Positions 8,644 through 19,400 of a stretch of 64,000 nt of DNA are shown here, in pieces (positions within the stretch are counted from its first letter, which is position 1; each line of letters starts with the position of its first letter). The notes beneath the pieces were generated by a model that was not told where the DNA came from, did no database searches, and saw only the letters and a list, made by a program, of their open reading frames with translations. Made by a program: the position numbers and the translations under genes. Origin of the DNA: Cyanobium sp. NAT70 (lineage in GTDB: Bacteria; Cyanobacteriota; Cyanobacteriia; PCC-6307; Cyanobiaceae). The stretch is from NCBI GenBank assembly GCA_002701375.1, contig NZVB01000036.1, positions 87,705 through 151,704 of the forward strand, in the 5' to 3' direction.

Positions 8644-8900
8644 ATGAGTCATTTGGGTGATAAGGCTGACCTCACCCCATCTCCCTTAAAAGGGTCAGGC
8701 AGCAACAGGGGCTGCTTGACGGGAGAAACGTACGATGTTGTTCGCAGTTACGGGATTTGCTCTAACCGAGCAGGCTTCAGTCATCCTCCTTATGTCCCGT
8801 CGAAACCATTGCAGCCCCCTGATTGAGGGAGGAATGGAGCTGAGCGGAATCGAACCGCTGTCCGAAACACTGGTGTGAACCACCTAGTCCAGACGAGCTG
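8644..8900 (-). ncRNA. ssrA: Two-piece (circularly permuted) tmRNA
   Basis: Minus strand: T-arm/acceptor gcggttcgattccgctcagctcca ending 8835, short spacer, then GGGGCTGcaatggtttcgacggg from 8818; tag ANNIVRFSRQAAPVAA* at 8745-8695; outer ends approximate. Confidence 0.95.
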
Positions 8901-9223
8901 GACAAGGTCATTCTGTCAGCAAAACTGACTGGACGCACAAGCGAGCTTGAATCATGAACAATAAACAGCCTCAAGCATCCATCTCTCACACAAGAAGATC
9001 ACTGAACGTAGAAGCAAATAGCGACAGAGAAGCATCAACAACTGAATCAATCATGATCTGTATATCTCAGCAAAGCCAATCAACAGCCACACAGAGCGGC
9101 GCACAACATTACCGGAAGTTCAACGGACAACTAAGCAGAGACCTTCAAGCCGACAGCTCCAAGACATCATCCCAAAACAATTCATTGAATTGTGATGCCC
9201 AACGCAGATAGCCTGAACAGCAA

Positions 9224-10378
9224 TCAGTTGAATTCACTGATAGGACGAAAAAGCTTCTCAATACTGCCGTCATGATGCATTCTAGAAATAGCAATATCAA
9301 TACGTTTTCTCAGATCACCGTCCAGAGAAGACCGGATAGCAAAAGCAGACGGGATGAGGTATTTCATTTCATGTGAAATATAATACCTACTAGGATCGGA
9401 AAGATTGGCCCGTACTTGACTTAAAACAACAGTATCAGACACCACATGCCGAACCTCGCCGCTCGCCAACATAGTGGTTAGTTTTTTGACCCCGATAACA
9501 CTCTTGACCTTGGCATATGACGGCTCAATTCCAGACTCTTCCACTTCACCAAGGATCCACTCCTCTTCTTTTGTTCCTGCCGTAACAGCAATACCCTCTA
9601 AAAGCATCGTCCTGAAAGACTCACGATCTAGCCCTGAAACTGGCTTTGGCAGTTGATCTGCAACGACAATGCTCACCAGAGCACCAACAAGCATGGAAAG
9701 AAATAGAAGCCTAAAAAGACTCGCAAAAAAGATTAGCGCCTTAGCCTGATGATTTTTATGCATTATTTTATCCACGCCACTACCAAGCGCTAGCATGATC
9801 CAAGCCTTAAAAAAATTCCCCCTCTTACTACTATCAAAGCCACTCATTCCTAGAAAATTATTCTCAAGCCTAGCGATGCAATACGTCGCAGCGAATGAAA
9901 CCAATAGCAACACAAGAGCCGAACGAACAATTGTTTCACTAGTTAAAGCCCGAGCCACGAAAGAGAGAATCGGCACTTGATTGCTCTTCCTTGAGAGGAC
10001 AGCAATCTTTGTCGAAGTATAAGGAAGAGTGAAATCAACCAGTTCAAGCCGATCAGCAGTGACCCAAGGGCATGAAGCTAAAACATCAATCTCGCCATCT
10101 GCAATCTGACGGATTGCCTGGCTAAATGTTGGAATTGGCTTCAGAGAATAATCAATCCCAGCAACTTCGGACACTCTCCTCCACAGTTCAAGGGAAAAGC
10201 CGGTATACAAATTTGAATCATTTAAGTCTGAACATGGCATGTAGTCATCAACAATCCCAACAACTAAATCAGCTCGCTGCTCCGCCCTAGAGTCAAAAGG
10301 GATGCAGGCGACGATAAAAACAAAAAAACAGCCAAACAAAAACCGACGAAACAGCATTTCAACACCCCTGCCATTCAT
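9224..10378 (-). CDS. GluR0-like protein: SBP family 3 ligand-binding domain split by a membrane module
   Basis: Signal/TM, GFSLELW, TADRLELVDFTLPY, then two TM helices with an intervening re-entrant-like segment, then the second SBP lobe (AFAIR..DGSIEKL). Confidence 0.75.
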   Translation of the reverse strand: MNGRGVEMLFRRFLFGCFFVFIVACIPFDSRAEQRADLVVGIVDDYMPCSDLNDSNLYTGFSLELWRRVSEVAGIDYSLKPIPTFSQAIRQIADGEIDVLASCPWVTADRLELVDFTLPYTSTKIAVLSRKSNQVPILSFVARALTSETIVRSALVLLLVSFAATYCIARLENNFLGMSGFDSSKRGNFFKAWIMLALGSGVDKIMHKNHQAKALIFFASLFRLLFLSMLVGALVSIVVADQLPKPVSGLDRESFRTMLLEGIAVTAGTKEEEWILGEVEESGIEPSYAKVKSVIGVKKLTTMLASGEVRHVVSDTVVLSQVRANLSDPSRYYISHEMKYLIPSAFAIRSSLDGDLRKRIDIAISRMHHDGSIEKLFRPISEFN

Positions 10379-10685
10379 TCTTGGTGATCAAAGAAGATGA
10401 AAAAAGCAACGTTGCTAGCCATCCTTGCTATGAACTGACATTTTCTTGCTCTCATCTTGGGATTGTCATCCGATCCAAGTAAACAATCTTACTTGATTGC
10501 AAATCAATACGCATAATTTCCAAAGATGTCCTCCCTTCTCTCCGCAGCCAAGGCATCCCTCCAAACCGGAGAGAGTGATTGAACAGATCAGCAAGCCACG
10601 TTCCAACCTCTGCGATTGATGAACTGGTTCGAACAATGGCAGCCTGGCCGTTCAACCCTCGTGACGTGATGGAGCCCAACCGAGA

Positions 10686-11828
10686 TTGAGTCGAAAGAAC
10701 CAGTTGTCAGCTGTGGCAATACTGCCTCAGGGGCTGGAAGACTGCGGATGCGAGGAACTCGAGGCCCTCGGAGCGCATGATGTGCATCCGCTACGGCGGG
10801 CGGCCTCATTCCAAGCCGACATGGCCTGTCTCTACAGGCTTCACCTGCAGGCACGCCTGCCATTCCGCCTGCTGCGGGAAGTCGCCCGCTTCCGCTGCCA
10901 AGGCCGCCAAAACCTCTATGACGGCGTTTGGAGTGCTTTGGACTGGGAGCGCTGGCTGCATCCATCGATGACCTTCCGGGTGGATGTGACCGGAACCGCT
11001 CCAGGACTCAACCACAGCCATTTCTCTGCACTGCAGGTCAAAAACGCCCTCGTTGACCTACAGCGCGAGCTCTGGGGAGAGCGCTCATCCATCGACCTGG
11101 ACAACCCTGATCTTGCCTTGCATCTGCACCTCAATCGCGGAGAGGCGGTATTGAGCCTGGATGGCAGCGGCGGCAGCCTGCATCGGCGGGGCTATCGAGC
11201 CGCCATGGGAGATGCACCCCTGAAGGAAAACCTGGCTGCCGGCCTGATCCGACTCAGCGGCTGGAACGGAACAACCCCACTGGTGGATCCCTGCTGCGGA
11301 TCGGGCGTTCTGTTGATCGAAGCAGCCGGAATGGTTACTGATCAGGCCCCAGGCCTAGGACGTTTATTCGCACTCCAAGAATGGGCTGATTTCAATCAGG
11401 AGCTCTGGCAACAAGAACTAGACCGAGCCAAAGCTCGATTTCACCCTCCCTCTCAACTGCCACCGATCATCGGATTTGAACGCGACCCTGCCATCGCCAA
11501 CCAAGCCCGCAACAATGTTGAATCCGCTGGACTGGGCAGCGTGATTGAGATCCGCAGCGGCGATTTCCAAACGCAAACTCTCCCCCCAGGGATTGGGGTG
11601 CTGGTGTGTAACCCTCCTTATGGCCAAAGGATCGGAACAGAAGATGATCTGGAAGGGTTCTACCGAGCCCTGGGGAACTTTGTTCGACAACAGGCTTCGG
11701 GCTGGCAGATGTGGTTACTCAGCGGCAATCCTGCATTGACGGGCTTTCTTCGGTTAAAAACATCACGCCGGATCCCGATCAACAATGGCGGAATTGATTG
11801 CCGCTGGCTCCACTACGCCATTCGTTAA
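10686..11828 (+). CDS. THUMP-domain rRNA guanine methyltransferase (RlmL-like)
   Basis: SLHRRGYR, APLKENLAAG, DPCCGSG and NPPYG motifs. Confidence 0.9.
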   Translation: MSRKNQLSAVAILPQGLEDCGCEELEALGAHDVHPLRRAASFQADMACLYRLHLQARLPFRLLREVARFRCQGRQNLYDGVWSALDWERWLHPSMTFRVDVTGTAPGLNHSHFSALQVKNALVDLQRELWGERSSIDLDNPDLALHLHLNRGEAVLSLDGSGGSLHRRGYRAAMGDAPLKENLAAGLIRLSGWNGTTPLVDPCCGSGVLLIEAAGMVTDQAPGLGRLFALQEWADFNQELWQQELDRAKARFHPPSQLPPIIGFERDPAIANQARNNVESAGLGSVIEIRSGDFQTQTLPPGIGVLVCNPPYGQRIGTEDDLEGFYRALGNFVRQQASGWQMWLLSGNPALTGFLRLKTSRRIPINNGGIDCRWLHYAIR

Positions 11829-12056
11829 TCATCAAACGAGCTGCCAGCCGTTCCCAAATACTTCAAGCCGTTCACTGCTTGAGGACTAAGCCCAGACCAA
11901 GAAGCCCATTTCAACAGGAGATGACCGGACCTCGGTGTGATCACCAGTAACCACATGGATACAAACCCAATTCAATACAGATTGCATGCAAAAACAGACA
12001 ACAGCAGCGCAGATTCCTAAACAATCTTTTAAACCTCATAATCGTCGAACAATTTC

Positions 12057-13880
12057 ATGAAACTGACTCGCCGTCAGGTCCTCAGAGCGAGCGCCTTTAT
12101 TGCAGGCTTCTTACTGGCCTCAGATCCTTTGCGCGTTAAAGCTCGACCCGCGAAATATAGCCAGGTTAAGTTCAACCCAAAAGAACAACGCAGCCTTGCC
12201 GTTATCGGCGCAGGCATCAGCGGACTCTGCAGTGCTTACTTAGCAGCGCAAGCAGGTTTTCGTGTTGTTGTCCTTGAAGCAGATCAACGTTACGGCGGCC
12301 GCAGCCTCACTCTTAGACCATCTGATTCGAGTTACAGAGACTGGTGGTTCAAAACTTATAACCCCGAACGTTTGTTCGAGGAGATGTACGTCACAACCAA
12401 GCAAGAAGCCTCTGATTCGCCAGCACCAGCTCCCGAAGTTGCCAATTTTGATATCAGCAAGCGTCAAGATAACGACAAACCAGTTGAACTCTACCTCAAC
12501 CTCGGGCCGGGACGAATCGCCAGCATTGACACAAGCCTTCTAAGTCTTTGCGATGAACTTGATGTCCCGCTTGAGCCATACATCTTCAAGGCCAACAACA
12601 ATCTTCTTTCAACGGAAAAATTCAATAATGGAGAACCTGTTCGCTGGCAAGAAGTTCATTATTCCTTGATTGCAGAGCTGGCCGAACTCTTAGACAATGC
12701 CGTTCGCGAAGGATTAATTCTAAAAGGCTATGACCAACAGCGTGTCCTCTCCATCCTCAAACATTTCGGCAATCTGAATTCACAAGGCAAGACACCAGAA
12801 CACTTGTCTGTAGTCGGCTATGTCCGCGATCGCGGTGGATGGAGAACGCCATGGAAAGTCCAACAACCCCTCTCTCTTCAAGAGGTGATTAATGGAGAGT
12901 TTGTTTTGCCTGGCAAGGAGCCAAGCATGTCGTTCCAGTCTTTCCTCTACCTTTCCAATTCAATTGATTGGCAACCAACCTTGTTGCAACCAGTTGGAGG
13001 AATGGACCGCATCTGGCAGAAACTTTTGTTGCGACCGATTCCACAACAAGCGCTTTTAGAACCACAACGCACTAGAGCCAGTCGAAAGACGCTTGTGGGA
13101 GATCTTGTCAAACTACGATCACCTGTTCAATCGATTCTCAATACACCCTCCGGCGTTCGCATCGAGGTCGCTGGACGCGATCAACCCTTGCTTGTAGACG
13201 CCTGCATTGTCACAGTCGCCCCACCCCTGCTTGGCGGCACAAGCAGCGCGCAGCTCACAGGAGAGTCACACAGTCAGCGAGCCATTCCGGCTCACATGCA
13301 AATTCAGACCAACCTGCCAGACCCGATCAAAACTGCACTGAGCTCCGTGGTCATGGCCTCCGCTATCAAAGTGGGCGTTCAAGCCAAACGACGATTCTGG
13401 GAAGAAGACAACGATATCTATGGGGGAATTAGCTGGACCAGCCAGATCTCACGACAAATCTGGTATCCATCAGACAGTTTCATGGAATCGACCGGGGTCT
13501 TAACCACGGCTTACAACGCCGGAGAAGAAGCAACAGAGTTCGGCAACTTCAACCGTGAGCAACGGATCGAAGCATCTGCCAAAGGCTGTGAAACTTTGCA
13601 CCGCACGTTCCGCAATAACGTTCACCTGAACCGCTCCATTTCGATTGCCTGGCAACACATGCCTTGGCAGGTTGGTGGATTTGCAGCAGACACCTTTGAG
13701 ACTCAACCAGAGGTCTATGAAGCGATCACCGATTGGCCCCAGGGCGGAATTTTGCTGGCGGGGGACAGTGCAAGCCAAATGCCTGGCTGGCAAGAGGGTG
13801 GAGTCTCCGCTGCACAATTGGCGATCCGCGCCCTCGTGGAAGGGCGGCGATCGAACGACCCAGCCCTGTACCGCTCCTAA
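12057..13880 (+). CDS. Tat-exported flavin monoamine oxidase / L-amino acid oxidase family protein
   Basis: TRRQVL twin-arginine signal; GAGISGL FAD motif, GGRSLT, GPGRI, PVGGMDRI and GWQEGG. Confidence 0.88.
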   Translation: MKLTRRQVLRASAFIAGFLLASDPLRVKARPAKYSQVKFNPKEQRSLAVIGAGISGLCSAYLAAQAGFRVVVLEADQRYGGRSLTLRPSDSSYRDWWFKTYNPERLFEEMYVTTKQEASDSPAPAPEVANFDISKRQDNDKPVELYLNLGPGRIASIDTSLLSLCDELDVPLEPYIFKANNNLLSTEKFNNGEPVRWQEVHYSLIAELAELLDNAVREGLILKGYDQQRVLSILKHFGNLNSQGKTPEHLSVVGYVRDRGGWRTPWKVQQPLSLQEVINGEFVLPGKEPSMSFQSFLYLSNSIDWQPTLLQPVGGMDRIWQKLLLRPIPQQALLEPQRTRASRKTLVGDLVKLRSPVQSILNTPSGVRIEVAGRDQPLLVDACIVTVAPPLLGGTSSAQLTGESHSQRAIPAHMQIQTNLPDPIKTALSSVVMASAIKVGVQAKRRFWEEDNDIYGGISWTSQISRQIWYPSDSFMESTGVLTTAYNAGEEATEFGNFNREQRIEASAKGCETLHRTFRNNVHLNRSISIAWQHMPWQVGGFAADTFETQPEVYEAITDWPQGGILLAGDSASQMPGWQEGGVSAAQLAIRALVEGRRSNDPALYRS

Positions 13881-14419
13881 CAGATGGAGGCACGCGACAC
13901 GCCCAGCCCTGAATCACTCCAACAACCATCAAAACATCATGAGCGATGCAACTTCGGATCACACCGACTGCTGGCTAAAACATGAATAAGCAGCTCACCA
14001 GGGATCGAATTCAACCGATTATTGGCCGCTTTCGAACGGCATGATCACCAGACCATCCTTCATCAATCAACGCACTAATCCGCCACATACCCTCCACTCG
14101 AATAGCTAAAAATCAACACCCAATCGCTCCACTTAAAGCCAGATCAGTTCAGCCAGAAACCAATAAATCATCAGACTGAACATCAAAAAGCAAGGCAGGT
14201 CCTCCCCTCAAACATGAAATTCGTGGACAGAAGTCCTATCGTTGAAAATCATAGAATTCACGTTTTTTCTGAGTCTTGATTGACAAATACCCGCATTGGC
14301 CCAATAACACATTCGAGACATCATCATTTCATGCAAGCCTGAAATGAGCCGAGTCAAATCATCGACTAAACAAGACATCAAAACGTTCAGCATTCCTCCT
14401 AAGCCTCTCGTCGAACCCC

Positions 14420-14803
14420 TTAGCGGCCCAAAACAGCCCTCACCGTTTTCATCACCCCTTCGAGAGTCTGCGGCAAAAACGGTCCTTTCAACACCTGCCC
14501 GCCAAGACGGAAACTCACGCCAGCCAAGATCAAATCAATCAGCGCTAGTGCGAGCAAGGACTTGATCAAGCTGAGCCTCCAAGCGTCCTGAATCCAAAGC
14601 AGCAAAGCCGCCTCTGCAGACAACAAGGCCAACAACATGGCTGTGCCGCCCATCGCCAAAAACAAACCACCGCTAATCAGACGCCGTTTCTCCCGATCCA
14701 CCTCTTGCAGGGCCATGCGCACATGCAGGTCCATCACAGAAGCGGCCAGAGCGGTCACGCGCCCCGCCGCACCTAGGCCACGTGCTTGCTCAGAGCTGTT
14801 CAT
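14420..14803 (-). CDS. YqjE-like / holin-family two-TM membrane protein
   Basis: DLHVRMALQE, two TM helices, FLPQTL; stop/start overlap with the upstream YqjD-like gene. Confidence 0.8.
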   Translation of the reverse strand: MNSSEQARGLGAAGRVTALAASVMDLHVRMALQEVDREKRRLISGGLFLAMGGTAMLLALLSAEAALLLWIQDAWRLSLIKSLLALALIDLILAGVSFRLGGQVLKGPFLPQTLEGVMKTVRAVLGR

Positions 14804-15225
14804 CGTGCTCGACGTCCACCACTCAGCATCAAGCCAAAGAGAACGCCAACTCCAAGGGCAATGCCCACTGACAACAAAGGACGCTGACGCACAGGCTTCT
14901 CGATCCGTGGCCTGAGGGTGCTGTTCAGTTCATCCAAGAGTTGTTCAAGCTGTTCTTCCAAAGGCTCGAGGCTGTCCGCCAAATGGCGGCCTTGATCTCC
15001 GGCTGTTTGCATCAATTCATCCAACTGCTCACGCACCCCCTGGGCCGTCAAGCCAGTGTTCTGCTCAATCAGCCGAATGACTTCGTCCATGCTGCCGCGT
15101 GTGGCTTCCAAAGTATGTCGAGCCAAATCAGGCCAACGCTTCTGAATTGTCGGCAGAAGTTGTTCAAACCGTTCACGAAACTGATGCTCAGCGCTGCCAT
15201 TGGGCTGAGACGCCGCTGAGTCCAT
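14800..15225 (-). CDS. YqjD/ElaB (DUF883)-like tail-anchored protein
   Basis: C-terminal VRQRPLLSVGIALGVGVLFGLML-RR anchor. Confidence 0.8.
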   Translation of the reverse strand: MDSAASQPNGSAEHQFRERFEQLLPTIQKRWPDLARHTLEATRGSMDEVIRLIEQNTGLTAQGVREQLDELMQTAGDQGRHLADSLEPLEEQLEQLLDELNSTLRPRIEKPVRQRPLLSVGIALGVGVLFGLMLSGGRRAR

Positions 15226-15919
15226 GGACGCTCACATCAAACAGTTCTATTAATTTTAGTCAGTCGAGACTGATCGCAACACAACAAACGCTTGCCGGCA
15301 GTGTGGCCAAAACCACATAAAAATCAGCATCATTTCAAATGCCGCCGCCAACAACAACAGACCAACCCAAGGGCTCCGACATACCCCTGGATTCACAATG
15401 CTCTCCAGCTCGACTGGATCAGAGACAAGCAAAACAACTCAGCCAATGCGTAGCCAATACGACGTCATTCTTTTGAACAAGCCACGAAACAAGAACTCCT
15501 GACGCTCTCAAACAACAAGGCACCTGAGCATGTCATTAACACGCAGAGATCGAACGACAAACCACCCCGGTTAACCAGCCAAGGATTGATTGTTTGCGCA
15601 AATCGAGAGAGTGCTGCTGGGATATTGAAGCTGTCCAAAATGATAGGTCCGACAAAACATCTCCCTAGCCCGGATAGCAGCGTGAAACCCATTGCAGCCC
15701 GAACCAACCCATCAACCAACAGCACAGCACCCATCAACCAACAACACCCATCAAAAGGGATTGTTGTCTTTAACCTGATGCCAATCAAGGCTTTATCGAT
15801 GCAGCGATATTCAGCACAGAGATCTCGCCCAAAGCAGTCCACGGCACCCGATGCTCACTGCCCAATGGATTCGGATCTCGATCGACTCAACCGACAGCTC
15901 CAACACTGAACTTGATCAG

Positions 15920-16318
15920 ATGCCCCGCTATGCACTGTTGAGACACACGGGTGCTCCAGACGATCCTTCGGGATGTCATTACGACCTCTTACTTGAGGAC
16001 GGGGATGCCTGTCGCACCTGGAGGCTTCCCATGATCCCCAGGAATGATTCCAGTCCTCAACACGCCACACCCCTACCAGCGCATCGGCTGATCTGGCTCA
16101 TGCCGCGCAGTGCTGCCGTCTCTGGGGGACGGGGCTGGGCTGAACGCATCGCCTCCGGCACATGGCAGGGATCGCTTCCCGAGGGAGACAACACTGCCCT
16201 TCGCATCACGCTGGAGACAGGGCCTCTTCAAGGGACTTTGGAGATCAGCTCTCAGGAATGTCGTTTGCATCCAACAAAGAAAGATTGTGACGTTGCCACA
16301 GCCAACAAGCTGAGCTGA
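15920..16318 (+). CDS. Conserved protein resembling the LigD 3'-phosphoesterase domain
   Basis: MPRYALLRH...HYDLLLEDGDACRTW, compare the LigD PE HYDFRLE..W motif. Confidence 0.6.
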   Translation: MPRYALLRHTGAPDDPSGCHYDLLLEDGDACRTWRLPMIPRNDSSPQHATPLPAHRLIWLMPRSAAVSGGRGWAERIASGTWQGSLPEGDNTALRITLETGPLQGTLEISSQECRLHPTKKDCDVATANKLS

Positions 16319-16425
16319 ATCCTTCGAACTCAGCATCAAGATCAAAGGCGACGCGCTGATGAGGACAACCCTTGAGTTTTGCAAAAGCTCAGCTATTTTG
16401 AAGCGTCCTATCGATCCCGCTCCTG

Positions 16426-19400
16426 TTGGTTTACATCAATCAGGTCGGGTTGACGCATTTCAAGTCCTTCGGTGGGGCAATGACGATCCCTCTCGAGGAG
16501 GGATTCACAGTGGTGACCGGTCCAAATGGTTCCGGCAAAAGCAACATTCTTGATGGCGTTCTGTTCTGCCTCGGCCTTGCCACCAGTCGTGGAATGCGAG
16601 CCGATCGCTTGCCGGATCTAATCAATAGCGGTGTTCTCAAAGCTGGCAAAGCAGCCGAAACTATTGTCAGTGTCCGCTTTGATCTAAGCGACTGGGCCCC
16701 TGATGCTGCTGAAGAGGGGCTTGACGCGCCTGAGGAAGGGCCTTGGATTCGAAACGATCAATCGGAATGGACCGTCACCCGCAAGCTCAGGGTGATGCCA
16801 GGCGGCTCCTACAGCTCGAGCTACAGCGCCGACGGGATCCCCTGCAACCTGCAACAGCTGCAAACCCAATTGCGCCGATTGCGCATCGATCCTGAAGGCA
16901 GCAACGTTGTGATGCAGGGTGATGTCACACGCATCGTCTCGATGAGCAACCGCGACCGCCGCGGCCTCATCGATGAACTGGCTGGTGTGGCCCTGTTCGA
17001 TACCCGCATCGAACAAACCCGTCGCAAACTTGATGATGTGCAAGACCGGCAAGAGCGCTGCCGGATCATCGAGCAGGAACTGCTCAGCAGCCGCCAACGT
17101 CTTGAGAAGGATTGCGCCAAAGCAAGGCAATATCAAGAGTTACGCGGCCGACTACACCTCGGCCGCCAACAGGAAATGGTTCTGGCCTTTGAAGCGGCAG
17201 GCCAGGCCCTGAAAGATTTGAGCACGCGACGCGATGCACTGGAAGCGCAGGAACAGCGCGATGGTGTCGCGATCAGCAACGCAGATGAGGTTCTCACCAA
17301 AGCCACGGCCGAACTGCAAACCCTGCAAGACCAAGTCAAGGCTCTAGGCGAAGACCAACTGTTAGCGGTTCAGGCGGAACTAGCAGGGCTGGAGGTCAGT
17401 GGTCGCGAATTGGAGCGTCAGGCCGGACAACATCAAGAAGAAGGGCAGCGATTGCAAGGGCTACGCCATGAACTCAGCTCCCGCCGCCAGGACTGGCAAC
17501 ACCAAAGTCAGGCACTCGAAAAGGACCCGAACGAATCGGCTCTAGCCAACGCTGAAACAACCTGTCGCTCCGCAGAATCAGCCGTTGAGGTCTCCCGACG
17601 CCGACTGAGTGATGTCGCCGGGCGCTCCGGTGCCTGGCTGCAAGAGCAAAAACGACGCAGTGAACGTCGCCAGGAACTTCAGGCCACGGTCTCTCCTCTG
17701 CAACAAGAACAACAGCAGCTCCAAGAACGACTGCGCCAGGACGCGGAACGGCTGGATGAGCTGGGTCGTGAACAACAGCAAGACGGGAGTGAGGAACAGG
17801 CCGTTCAGCAACGGCTGCAAACACTGGATGAAGAGTGGCAAACCCTGCTTCAAAACCTCACAACCGGCAAACAGACCCTGCAAAAAACTGTCGATTCGTT
17901 GTCCGTGCAGCAACGCACTCGCTCAAGATTGGAACAGGAGCAAACGAGGCTGGAGCGAGAGATCGCCAGGCTCGAGAGTCGTCGTGATGCCCTCCAAGAA
18001 AGCCGTGGCACCGGTGCGTTACGACTGCTGCTCGAGGCAGGGCTAGACGGAATCCACGGGCCGGTCGCTCAGCTGGGCGAGGTGGAGGAACGCCATCGAC
18101 TCGCCCTCGAAGTCGCTGCCGGTGCACGACTGGGTCAGGTGGTCGTCGATGACGACAGGATCGCGGCACGGGCCATCGACCTGCTCAAAAGTCGCCGCGC
18201 TGGTCGCCTCACCTTTCTACCGCTCAACAAAATCCGCGCCCCAGGTGGATCAGGAAGCAGTGCAAGCGCTGGTGCAGCCATGGCCCGTGCCTCGCGTCCG
18301 GGAGACGAGGAGGGGCAAGGCCTGATTGGCCGTGCCGTGGAATTGGTGCACTTCGAGCCGGTCTACGGAGACGTGTTTGCCTATGTCTTCGGAGACACCC
18401 TGGTGTTCCGTGATCTCTCGACAGCCCGGCAGCGCCTGGGACGGACTCGGGCCGTCACCCTCGATGGTGAGCTGCTTGAAAAGAGCGGTGCAATGACTGG
18501 AGGCAGCTTCTCAAGCCGCAACCATGGCCTCAGCTTTGGCAGAAGCAGCGACAGTGATGAAGCAGAACCTCTGCGCAGACGCCTGTTGGAGCTTGGGGAA
18601 ACGATGGTGGCCTGCCGCCGTCAGGAAGCGACCCTCAGTCAATCTGTGGAACAACAGCGACCAGCGTTGCGCGACTTGGAGCAGCGACAAGCGGCTCTCA
18701 TTGCAGAACGCAATGCAGCGCGTCGAAACCATGGCCCCCTGCTTGAACGACATCAACAGCGATCCGACCGGCTCAGCAAACTGCAACGGGACCAACACGA
18801 CCAGCAGCAACGGCTCGACACAATCGCTCGCACGCTTGAGCCGCTTTGTCACGAGCTAGATCAGTTGAACGAGGCGGAACGCAGCAGCAGTGGCAACGAC
18901 GATGCAAGCGCCTGGCAACAACTCCAGCAAGACCTGGAACGAGCTGATGCAACGTTGGAACAGGCTCGGCAGCAACGTGATGCCCTGCTCAATGCCCGTC
19001 GAGAGAGACAACTGGCGCTCGAACGACTCGGTGACCAGAAGCAGGCGCTCGAGGCGGAGGAAGGGCGGCTGAAGGAAGCCGTCCAGACCCTTGCCACAGC
19101 GCATGGCGCCTGGCGTCAGCAACAGCAGGACCTTCAGCAAACCCGCGAGCGACTGACGCAGCAGCAACATGAGCTGCAGGAGAGTTTTGGAGAACAACGG
19201 CGGGCCCGTGATGCTGCTGAAGCAGAAGTCTCTCGGCAGAGACAGGCCTTACAGCAGGCTCGCTGGAACTTGGAACGCCTCCAAGACGAACGAAAAGCCC
19301 TACTCGAAGAGCAACGCAGTGGTGGCATCCGCTTAAAGGAGATGGAACAGGCGCTTCCTGACCCCCGTCCGGAAATCCCTGACGAGGTGCGCTTGGCCGG

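Noticed and set aside
8695-8883. 62-aa ORF on the minus strand
   Set aside because: It is the tmRNA; only the last 16 codons (tag) are used
8954-9211. 85-aa Ser/Gln-rich ORF as RiPP precursor
   Set aside because: No YxxP/LxxxG leader or Thr(-2)-Gly core pattern, and it lies on the far side of ssrA over its likely promoter
11947-11962. NtcA box upstream of the amino-acid oxidase
   Set aside because: Spacing is GTA-N10-TAC rather than GTA-N8-TAC
14420-14803. Holin as evidence of a prophage
   Set aside because: Paired with a YqjD-like gene as in chromosomal yqjDE-type operons; no phage genes nearby
15465-15909. Overlapping 125-aa and 107-aa ORFs
   Set aside because: No motifs or convincing start on either strand; cannot support either
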